A stretch of DNA of 26,261 nt, taken from Planctomycetaceae bacterium (GTDB lineage: Bacteria > Planctomycetota > Planctomycetia > Pirellulales > JAEUIK01). Positions within the stretch are counted from its first letter, which is position 1, and each line of letters opens with the position of its first letter. The position numbers and the translations under genes are program-made. Below the pieces are notes generated by a model. The model ran no database searches. It worked only from the letters and a program-made list of their open reading frames with translations, and was not told where the DNA came from. Location: positions 1 to 26,261 of the forward strand of contig JAEUIK010000674.1 of the NCBI GenBank assembly GCA_016793185.1, in the 5' to 3' direction. Below are positions 18,196 through 25,489 of the stretch, one piece after another.

Positions 18196-18672
18196 ATGGG
18201 GACGAAATCGCTGCTTGGACTTTTCGCCGTCCTGTCGGTGTTCACGCTGTCGGGCCTGGGGGGCGACGCCGAAGAACCTAAGGGGGTGACCCTCCTCGGG
18301 ACGCTCGAAGAATGGCAGTACCCCGGCGCGAAGTTCGGCGGGGCGACCATGTTCGACGGTGGCAACCACCAGGTCGCCGCGACCAACTGCGAGGCGCTCC
18401 TGACGACCGACGACTCCGTCGAGCAGGTGGTCAGGTTCTACACACAAAAGTTCGTTCCCGGCCCGGCCGATGGCCGGAGTCCCCTCAAGCCGGGCGAGAT
18501 CGCGCAGGCTGTGGGCGTGCAGACCGATTCGGAGAATCGGCCCGTCGAGCTGCGCGTGATTACCGTGAACCGCGCCCGAAGTTCCACGACGCTGGTCGTC
18601 AGCCGGAGCCAGGGTGAGCAGAAGACGCACATTGCCTGGTCGCACTTTCAGTTGCTGGACCTCCCGCGCTAA
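18196..18672 (+). CDS. Small exported hypothetical protein
   Basis: 158 aa, signal-peptide-like N-terminus, GAGG RBS upstream of the ATG, G/C-ending codons. Confidence 0.75.
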   Translation: MGTKSLLGLFAVLSVFTLSGLGGDAEEPKGVTLLGTLEEWQYPGAKFGGATMFDGGNHQVAATNCEALLTTDDSVEQVVRFYTQKFVPGPADGRSPLKPGEIAQAVGVQTDSENRPVELRVITVNRARSSTTLVVSRSQGEQKTHIAWSHFQLLDLPR

Positions 18673-18673
18673 G

Positions 18674-18702
18674 GGGCGGGTCCACGAGCGAACCACCCGC
18701 CC
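18674..18702 (+). terminator. Possible hairpin or terminator after the 18196-18672 gene
   Basis: GGGCGGGT...ACCCGCCC forms an 8-bp stem right after the stop codon. The loop is 13 nt and there is no U-tract. Confidence 0.3.
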
Positions 18703-18867
18703 AGGGCGAGCGTATTGAGGGGGCCAGTCCGCGCGCCTGGCGCGAGGCCCAGCCGCGTGGTCGGCCGGTTTGGCCTTACGGTATGGCCTGCAACAGGTTA
18801 CGATTATTGTCCGGGTGGCGTCTGCCCCCTCGACGGAAATTCTCGGACCGAAGCCAGCGACCCGACC

Positions 18868-19539
18868 ATGCTGCAGCTCACGAACATCAAGAAGACCTTC
18901 ACCGAGCCTGGGGGAGGTCGCCTGCCGATCCTCGATATCCCTCGATTCCGCGTCGATGCCGGCGAGCAGCTCGCCCTGGTGGGGCGGAGCGGATCCGGCA
19001 AGACGACGCTCTTGCACACCATCGCGGGCATCAGCCGGCCCGATTCGGGCGTCGTCGAGATCGACGGCACCGATATCACCCGCCTGTCCGAGGCGGTGAC
19101 CGATCGCTTTCGGGCCGCCAAGATCGGCTACATCTTCCAGACGTTCAACCTGCTTCCGGCCTTCTCGGCGCTCGAGAACGTGCTGCTGGGGATGAGCTTT
19201 TCGCGGGGACGGGCCGATGAAGCCCGGGCCCGGCTGCTGCTCGACCGCGTGGGGCTCGGACATCGGCTGGCGCACAAACCCCAGATGCTCTCGGTGGGCG
19301 AAAAGCAGCGCGTGGCAGTCGCGCGGGCGCTGGCGAACCGGCCCAAGCTGATGCTGGCCGACGAACCGACGGCCAACGTCGACGCCCGGCATCAGCAGCA
19401 GATCATCGACCTGATCGTCGGGGCCTGCCGCGAGGAGAATGTGGCCCTGGTGCTGGTGACGCATGCCACCGAGGTGGCGGAGCAGTTCGAGCGCCTGGAG
19501 CACCTCGACCAACTCAATCAAGCGGTGGCCAACGTATGA
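18868..19539 (+). CDS. ABC transporter ATP-binding protein (LolD/MacB-type, PA4064/ZrgB-like)
   Basis: Walker A GRSGSGKT, Q-loop IFQTFNL, variant signature LSVGEKQR, Walker B LMLADEPT, H-loop VTH. ATG 18868 preferred. The stop overlaps the next start (ATGA). Confidence 0.93.
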   Translation: MLQLTNIKKTFTEPGGGRLPILDIPRFRVDAGEQLALVGRSGSGKTTLLHTIAGISRPDSGVVEIDGTDITRLSEAVTDRFRAAKIGYIFQTFNLLPAFSALENVLLGMSFSRGRADEARARLLLDRVGLGHRLAHKPQMLSVGEKQRVAVARALANRPKLMLADEPTANVDARHQQQIIDLIVGACREENVALVLVTHATEVAEQFERLEHLDQLNQAVANV

Positions 19540-21059
19540 GTCTCTGGAAGATCGCCTGGCGCAGTATTCAGCAGCGGACACTGGCTTCGAGCCTGACCGC
19601 CTTGTCGATGGCGCTGGGGGTGGCGCTGGTCGTGGCGGTGCTGGTCATTTACGGCGTGGTGCAATCGTCGTTCACCCGCGCGGCGCACGGCTACGATCTG
19701 ATCGTCGGCGCCAAGGGGGGCAAGCTGCAGCTTGTCCTCAATACCGTCTTTCACCTGAGCCAGCCGATCGAGAACATTCCCTGGAGCTACTACAAGGAGT
19801 TCCAGCCGGGAGGACGCTTCGCCTCGCGCGTCGAATTCGCCATCCCCTACTGCCTGGGGGATAACTACGAAGGGTACCGCGTCGTCGGCACCATTCCCGA
19901 GATGTTCTCCGCGGTCGAGTACGCGCCGGGCAAGCACTACGAGTTCTCGGCGGGCGAGAATTTCAAGAAAGACAACTACTTCGACGCGGTCGTCGGATCG
20001 GTGGTGGCCAGGCGCACCGGGCTGAAGGTCGGCGACCACTTTGCCCCGACGCACGGGATCAGCGCCGAAAAGGACGGCCATAAGCACGACGAATTTCACG
20101 TCGTGGGGATTCTCGCGCCGACGGGGACTCCCAACGATCGCGCGGTCTTCGTCAACATTGAGGGCTTCCTGCTGCTCGACGGCCACGCCAAGCCCGTCCC
20201 CAAAGAGGAAAAACCCGCCGCGACGGCACCCGCGCCCGACGGAAGCCACGCCGGGGAGCATGACCACGCCCATGAGAAAGCGCATGACGAGCACGCGCAC
20301 GGCGGCGAAGAAGGGGATCACCCCCCGGCAGCCGGCGAGGCTCAAACGGCCAAGCAGGCGGATGACGAGCACGCACACGCGGAGCACTCTCACGCCGACG
20401 AGCATGCCCATGGCGACGAGCACGCTCATGCCGATGAGCACGCCCATCATCACGATCACGACCATGACCATGGTCACCATCATCACCATCACGAGCCACT
20501 CCCCGAGAATCAGCGCGAGGTGACGGCAGTGCTCGTCAAGAGCACGCTGGTCGGCGGCCTGTCGCTTCCGCGCACGATCAACAAAGAGCAGTACGCCCAG
20601 GCCGTGTTCCCCGTGCAAGAGATCCAGATGCTGTTCAAGGGTCTCTTGGGGAATTTTCAGATGCTGCTGTTCGGGCTGGCGCTGCTGGTCGTGATCGTCT
20701 CGGGCATCAGCATCATGGTGAGCATCTACAACTCCATGAACGATCGCCGCAACGACATCGCGGTGATGCGGGCCCTGGGGGCCAGCCGCTCGACGGTCAT
20801 GGCCATCATCCTGCTGGAGTCGATTCTGCTGGCCGTCGGCGGGGGGGTGGCGGGCGTGCTCATCGGGCACGGCCTGATCGCCGCTCTCGACCCGATTATC
20901 GAGGCCCAGACAGGCATCCGGATCGGTTTCTTGAAGTTTGAGTGGGTTGAGTTAGTTTTAATACCGGCCCTGGTGGTGCTGGCCGCGGTGGTAGGCTACC
21001 TGCCTGCCGTGGTGGCCTATCGCACCGATGTGGCGGGAGCCCTGAGCGAGCGTCCCTGA
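19536..21059 (+). CDS. ABC transporter permease, MacB/FtsX family (PA4065/ZrgC-like), with His-rich periplasmic insert
   Basis: TM1 followed by DLIVGAKGGKLQLVLNTVFH, IPYCLGDNYEGYRVVGT and FHVVGILAPTGTPNDRAVF; three C-terminal TMs with RRNDIAVMRALGASR; His-rich insert at 20241-20492. Confidence 0.9.
   Translation: MSLWKIAWRSIQQRTLASSLTALSMALGVALVVAVLVIYGVVQSSFTRAAHGYDLIVGAKGGKLQLVLNTVFHLSQPIENIPWSYYKEFQPGGRFASRVEFAIPYCLGDNYEGYRVVGTIPEMFSAVEYAPGKHYEFSAGENFKKDNYFDAVVGSVVARRTGLKVGDHFAPTHGISAEKDGHKHDEFHVVGILAPTGTPNDRAVFVNIEGFLLLDGHAKPVPKEEKPAATAPAPDGSHAGEHDHAHEKAHDEHAHGGEEGDHPPAAGEAQTAKQADDEHAHAEHSHADEHAHGDEHAHADEHAHHHDHDHDHGHHHHHHEPLPENQREVTAVLVKSTLVGGLSLPRTINKEQYAQAVFPVQEIQMLFKGLLGNFQMLLFGLALLVVIVSGISIMVSIYNSMNDRRNDIAVMRALGASRSTVMAIILLESILLAVGGGVAGVLIGHGLIAALDPIIEAQTGIRIGFLKFEWVELVLIPALVVLAAVVGYLPAVVAYRTDVAGALSERP
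20241..20492 (+). repeat. His/Asp/Glu-rich low-complexity coding repeat, including imperfect 18-bp (A/G)DEHAH units
   Basis: 29 His in 84 codons; ADEHAH-GDEHAH-ADEHAH, then HHDHDHDHGHHHHHH. Confidence 0.9.
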
Positions 21060-21090
21060 CGCCGCAGTCTTTCAGCCGAGGAGTGACGCC

Positions 21091-22767
21091 ATGCGTCGCA
21101 TGCTCTCGAAGTGGACCTTACCGCTCTGTGTCGCGCTGGCGTTGGTACCGGCTGCCGCACTGGCCTGCCCCTTTTGCAGCGGCGTTTCGCTCACGCTCAG
21201 CGAAGAGATGAAGACCGCCACGGCCGCCGTGGTCGGCAAGCTCGTCTCGCTCCCCCCCGCTCCGGCCGACGGCCAGCCGCTGACCGGAGCCGACAGCAAG
21301 GCGGTCTTCGAGATCGTTACGGTCCTCAAGGGCGAAGATCTCCTGAAGACGGCCGACGCGCCGGCCGTGGGTCGCCAGATCGACGTGATCTATTTCGGCC
21401 AGGACGAGCCGGGCAAGCTCTTCTTTCTGCTCGGAAACGACACGCCCAACGTGAGTTGGGCCACGCCGATCCCGTTGACCGAGCGTTCGGCCGAATACGC
21501 GGCGAAGCTGCCCGGCCTGCCCGAGACGGGCGCCGATCGCCTGGCGTTCTTCCAGGACTACTTCGAAGACACCGAGGAGCTTCTGGCCCGCGATGCCTAC
21601 GATGAGTTCGCCAAGGCGCCGTACATCGAGGTCAAGCAGCTCAAGGAGCGAATGCAGCACGATAAGCTCGTCGCGCGGATCAAAGATCCCAACGTCTCGC
21701 CGAGCCGGCGGAGGCTGTACTTGACGATGCTCGGCGTGTGCGGCAGCAAGGACGATCTGCCGCTGCTCGAAGAAATCGTCAAGAGCCAGAATCCCGAGCA
21801 GAAGTCGGCCCTCGATGCGACGATCGCCTGCTATCTGACGCTCAACGGCGTCGATGGCCTGCCGCTGATCGAGGAGCTGTTCCTCAAGAAACCCGATGCC
21901 GAATACACCGACACGTACGCCGCGATCATGGCTTTGCGGTTTCATGGGCAGGAGGAATCGCAGATTCCGCGCGAGCGCTTGGTCGCGTCGTTGCGATTGA
22001 TGCTCGACCGCCCGGAGCTGGCCGACCTGGTGATTCCCGATCTCGCCCGCTGGCAGGATTGGTCGGCCATGGATCGGTTGGTGCAGCTTTTCAAAGAGGC
22101 CGACGAGCAGTCGAGCTGGGTGCGGGTGCCGGTGATCAAGTACCTGAAGGAGTGCCCGTTGCCGGAGGCGAAGGCGCACATCGAGGAGCTCGCCAAGATC
22201 GACCCGAAAGTGGTGCAGCAGGCCAATAGTTTCTTCCCGTTGGTGGGAGCCCCGGCGCCGCCGGCCGCTGCGGCCGATCCCGCCGCCACGGAACCTGCGG
22301 CGACCGACACGGCGGCAACCGCACCGGCGGCCGTCACGAATCCCCCCGCCGAGGGCGCAGCGAGCGAAGCTCCTGCCGATTCGACTCCGCCGGCCGAGAC
22401 CCAGGCGGCGACCGACAAGCCGGCCGAGACCGCCACGGAGCCGGCTGCCGCCGCGACGGCGCCCGAGGAGGCGTCCACGGCTGCCGCCAGTCCGGCCGAG
22501 TCGTCGGAGGCACCCGCCGCAGAACCCGCCAAGCCGGCAGAGCCGGCCAGTGCGGCGGAAGCGTCGCCTGCGGCGACGGCCGCGGTCGGGACCCCGCCCG
22601 CGACCGGAGCGATCGCAGCACCAGCGGCGGAGCGGGCCGTCGAGATCCGCGAGAATCCCTGGACGACCATGTTCTGGGTGCTCGCCATTCCGCTGGCGGT
22701 CGGCGTAGTATTGATGGGACTGCTGTTGGTGATCCTGCGTGGGCAGCGCCCTTCGGCGAGCGCCTGA
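21091..22767 (+). CDS. Exported protein with predicted N-terminal CPFC, helical (HEAT-like) core, Ala/Pro/Glu/Thr stalk and C-terminal membrane anchor
   Basis: Signal peptide ending ALA followed by CPFC (21166-21177); low-complexity stalk at about 22246-22629; TM FWVLAIPLAVGVVLMGLLLVIL followed by RGQR; GGAG RBS. Confidence 0.85.
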   Translation: MRRMLSKWTLPLCVALALVPAAALACPFCSGVSLTLSEEMKTATAAVVGKLVSLPPAPADGQPLTGADSKAVFEIVTVLKGEDLLKTADAPAVGRQIDVIYFGQDEPGKLFFLLGNDTPNVSWATPIPLTERSAEYAAKLPGLPETGADRLAFFQDYFEDTEELLARDAYDEFAKAPYIEVKQLKERMQHDKLVARIKDPNVSPSRRRLYLTMLGVCGSKDDLPLLEEIVKSQNPEQKSALDATIACYLTLNGVDGLPLIEELFLKKPDAEYTDTYAAIMALRFHGQEESQIPRERLVASLRLMLDRPELADLVIPDLARWQDWSAMDRLVQLFKEADEQSSWVRVPVIKYLKECPLPEAKAHIEELAKIDPKVVQQANSFFPLVGAPAPPAAAADPAATEPAATDTAATAPAAVTNPPAEGAASEAPADSTPPAETQAATDKPAETATEPAAAATAPEEASTAAASPAESSEAPAAEPAKPAEPASAAEASPAATAAVGTPPATGAIAAPAAERAVEIRENPWTTMFWVLAIPLAVGVVLMGLLLVILRGQRPSASA

Positions 22768-22808
22768 GTCCCCTGCCCTGCCTCGCAAGCTGACGGAACC
22801 AGAGAACG

Positions 22809-23483
22809 ATGAGCGTCGCCTTTGCCGAAAACTCGTACTCCGGCATGACTCCCGAGGGGGAGGATTATCGCGCCCTGAGCTCGACCGCCGTGGCGAGCCT
22901 CGTTGCCGGGGTTCTCTCGGTGCTCTGCTTTTTGGGATGGTCGATGGCCATCCTGCCTTTGCTGGGCGTGCTGCTCGGCGCGCGGGCACTCTGGAGCATT
23001 CGCCGCACGCCCGACGAACTGACCGGCAAGCGCCTCGCCGTGGCGGGAATCGTGCTCTCGCTGGCCTGCTTTGCCGGCGGCTGGGGATGGTTGAGCTACG
23101 TCTATCTGACGGAGGTGCCCGACGGTTACACCCGCGTCTCGTTCAGCCAGTTGCAGCCCGACGCCTCGCGGCAGGGAGAGATCTTTCCCCCGTCAGCCTT
23201 GGAGCTGGATGGCAAGCGCGTGTTCATCAAGGGCTACGTCAAGCCGGGCGCACAAGCCGGCGGCATCAAGGAGTTCCTGCTGGTGCGCGACTTGCGCGAG
23301 TGCTGCTTCGGCGATTCGACGCCCAAGTTGACCGACATGGTTCTGGTACGCTTGCAGGATCCGCTGCGGGCCGATTTCTCGCTCTGGCCGCGTGGTTTGG
23401 CAGGCACGCTGCACGTCAAACCCGACGCGCTGGGACGACCCGACAGCGTGCTGTACTCCCTCGACGCGGACTATCTGAAATGA
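22809..23483 (+). CDS. DUF4190-like membrane domain fused to a DUF3299-like domain
   Basis: N-terminal AVASLVAGVLS...LLGVLLGARALWSIRR...GKRLAVAGIVLS is DUF4190-like. C-terminal LDGKRVFIKGY...FLLVRDLRECCFG is DUF3299-like. Confidence 0.8.
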   Translation: MSVAFAENSYSGMTPEGEDYRALSSTAVASLVAGVLSVLCFLGWSMAILPLLGVLLGARALWSIRRTPDELTGKRLAVAGIVLSLACFAGGWGWLSYVYLTEVPDGYTRVSFSQLQPDASRQGEIFPPSALELDGKRVFIKGYVKPGAQAGGIKEFLLVRDLRECCFGDSTPKLTDMVLVRLQDPLRADFSLWPRGLAGTLHVKPDALGRPDSVLYSLDADYLK

Positions 23484-24151
23484 TGCATCGTCTGCGGAGA
23501 GCCGGGCTGGCCTGCGGAGTGCTCGCCAGCTGGGGACTTGCGGGCTGCGAGAAAGCCGAGCTCGACGCGCCCCTCCCGCCCCCGGCGGTCGCCGAGGAGT
23601 CGGCGACGTCAGCGACGACGCCCCCGTCACCAGCGGCGGCCCCCGAAACGACGGCGGCTGCGACTTCCGCTGCGCTGCCTGCGGATCCGCGCGGCGGCGC
23701 AACACCTCCGGCGGCCGCGGCCCCGCCTCCGCCCAGTCGCCCGCGCGCTGCCAGCACGGCGCGGCGCAAGCCCGGCGAAGTGCAGGAGATCACCTTCGAC
23801 GACATCAAGTTTCCGATGGAGAAGGAGGATCCGTTCAAGCGTGAGCTGCTGACGCCGCAGATCGTGGCGCTCGACGGCCAGCCGATTCGGATTCGGGGCT
23901 ACATTCTGCCGAGCTTCCAGCAGACGGGCATCACGCAATTCGTGCTCGTGCGCGACAATCTGCAATGCTGCTTCGGCCCTGGCGCCGCGCTCTTCGATTG
24001 CATCATTGTCGAGATGCGCCCCGGCAAGTCGACCGATTACACGGTGCGGCCGGTGAGCGTCGAGGGCAAATTCACACTCGCCGAACTGGTCAATCCCGAC
24101 GATGGCAAGCATCTGGCCATTTATCATCTCGACGGCGAGAAAGTTCAGTAG
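23480..24151 (+). CDS. DUF3299-like lipoprotein (PA4066/ZrgD-like)
   Basis: ATG 23480 overlaps the upstream TGA. Lipobox LAG|C at C23, a Pro/Ala linker, then EITFDDI...LDGQPIRIRGYILP...FVLVRDNLQCCFG...VSVEGKF. The track start at 22739 is an upstream artefact. Confidence 0.85.
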   Translation: MMHRLRRAGLACGVLASWGLAGCEKAELDAPLPPPAVAEESATSATTPPSPAAAPETTAAATSAALPADPRGGATPPAAAAPPPPSRPRAASTARRKPGEVQEITFDDIKFPMEKEDPFKRELLTPQIVALDGQPIRIRGYILPSFQQTGITQFVLVRDNLQCCFGPGAALFDCIIVEMRPGKSTDYTVRPVSVEGKFTLAELVNPDDGKHLAIYHLDGEKVQ

Positions 24152-25301
24152 CCGCGCCAGCCTGGCGCCGCTCTGGAGCGCGTGCGCGATCGGCGTCGCG
24201 ACGCTGTGCTTGAGCGCGGCCCCGGCCAGGGCCTGCCCCTTCTGCAATGCTGTGCTTCCCTCGTTCGCGCAGACGCGTGAAGCCGCCGAAATCGTCGCCC
24301 TGGGCGAAGTCACCCGCAGTGAACCCCAGTTAGCCGTCCTGCTGCGGGGAGTGCTCAAGGGCCAGGATCGAGCGCGGGCGGGCGAGCGCATTGAAGTGGA
24401 GCGGGTCGAGCCGCTGGCCCCGGGCAGCCTGTGCCTGCTCCTGGCCACGACGGCCGTCGAGCCGAGCGTCAAGGAACCAGGACTGGTCTGGACCTACCGG
24501 CCGGTGACGGAGACGAGTTACGCGTACTTTGCCCGAGCGCCGGAACTGCGCGTCGCTGGGCCGGAGCGTTTGCGCTACTTCGCCCGCTACCTCGAGCACC
24601 CCGACGCCAACATCGCGGCCGACGCGTACCTCGAGTTTGGGCATGCCCCGTTCGACGTCGTGGCACAAGCGGCCGACTCCCTGCCGCTCGAGAGCATGCG
24701 CCGCTGGATCGTCGACGAGAACGTGCCTCAGGAGCGCAAGGGCTTCTATGGGCTGGCACTGGGATTGGCGCGCGAGGCCCGCATACGCGGCGAGAACGCG
24801 GCGCTGCTCGCGCGTCTGGTCCGCGAGCCAGCCGACGATTTTCGCGCCGGATTCGGCGGCATCCTCAGCGGATATCTGCTGGCCGCGGGTGAGCCGGCGC
24901 TCGATCTGCTCGACGAACGTTTTCTGGCCCAAGCGGGCGCCGCCGATGGAGATGTCCGCAGTGCGCTGGCGGCGCTGCGGTTTTATCACGAGTTCGGCAA
25001 GGAGATTCCGCACGAGCGATTGCGCGCCAGCTTGCGCCACCTGGTGGCCCGCCAGGAGTTCGCGGCGGAGGCGATCGTTGATCTGGCCCGCTGGCAGGAT
25101 TGGGGAATGGTGAGCGAGGTAGCGCGCTTCTACGATGCTCCCGCCGAGGTGCAACCGTCGGCGCGTCGGGCCGCGGTGGGTTATTTGTCGGCCTGTCCCT
25201 TGCCGGCAGCGGCGGCCGAACTGGCCGAGCTGCGGGCCCGCGATCCGCGTGGAGTGGGGGATGCGGAGGCTTATCTCAAGGCGTTCGGCGCCCTGCGCTG
25301 A
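24102..25301 (+). CDS. Exported CPFC protein, paralog of 21091-22767, without stalk or membrane anchor
   Basis: ARA followed by CPFC (24234-24245). Shares blocks with 21091-22767: DAYxEFxxAP(Y/F), DLARWQDW and YLxxCPLPxA. Start codon uncertain. Confidence 0.8.
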   Translation: MASIWPFIISTARKFSSRASLAPLWSACAIGVATLCLSAAPARACPFCNAVLPSFAQTREAAEIVALGEVTRSEPQLAVLLRGVLKGQDRARAGERIEVERVEPLAPGSLCLLLATTAVEPSVKEPGLVWTYRPVTETSYAYFARAPELRVAGPERLRYFARYLEHPDANIAADAYLEFGHAPFDVVAQAADSLPLESMRRWIVDENVPQERKGFYGLALGLAREARIRGENAALLARLVREPADDFRAGFGGILSGYLLAAGEPALDLLDERFLAQAGAADGDVRSALAALRFYHEFGKEIPHERLRASLRHLVARQEFAAEAIVDLARWQDWGMVSEVARFYDAPAEVQPSARRAAVGYLSACPLPAAAAELAELRARDPRGVGDAEAYLKAFGALR

Positions 25302-25351
25302 GCGGTGCCGGCGCGATTGCCGCGTGCGTAAGCCGTTACGGGTAATGCGGT

Positions 25352-25379
25352 TTGCGTCTCCGCGGCCGTCGAGTATACT
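25352..25379 (+). promoter_or_regulatory. Candidate sigma70-type promoter for ricT
   Basis: TTGCGT (25352-25357), 16 bp spacer, TATACT (25374-25379), about 110 bp upstream of ATG 25490. Confidence 0.5.
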
Positions 25380-25489
25380 TGGCCTGCCAGCGCATCCGCG
25401 GGGCGAACTCCCCGCCGCATCGACAAAGCTCGTCGGAGTTGGGTTCCGGCGGTGACCTCTTAACTCGACCTCTCCGCGACGCTGTTTTC

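Noticed and set aside
18789-18810. Canonical Zur box
   Set aside because: Poor match to the GTTAT-N3-ATAAC-type consensus; kept only as a weak candidate operator in the findings.
20370-20492. CRISPR-like or non-coding tandem repeat
   Set aside because: The units are short, degenerate, in frame and without spacers; this is a His-rich coding tract. No cas genes are present.
18001-22989. Long minus-strand ORFs 18001-19581, 19518-20870 and 21118-22989
   Set aside because: Shadows of the plus-strand ABC operon. The Met/Val-rich stretch is simply the reverse complement of the His codons.
22739-23479. 5' extension of the 470-aa track ORF 22739-24151
   Set aside because: It overlaps the DUF4190-DUF3299 gene in another frame. 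The lipoprotein signal begins at ATG 23480.
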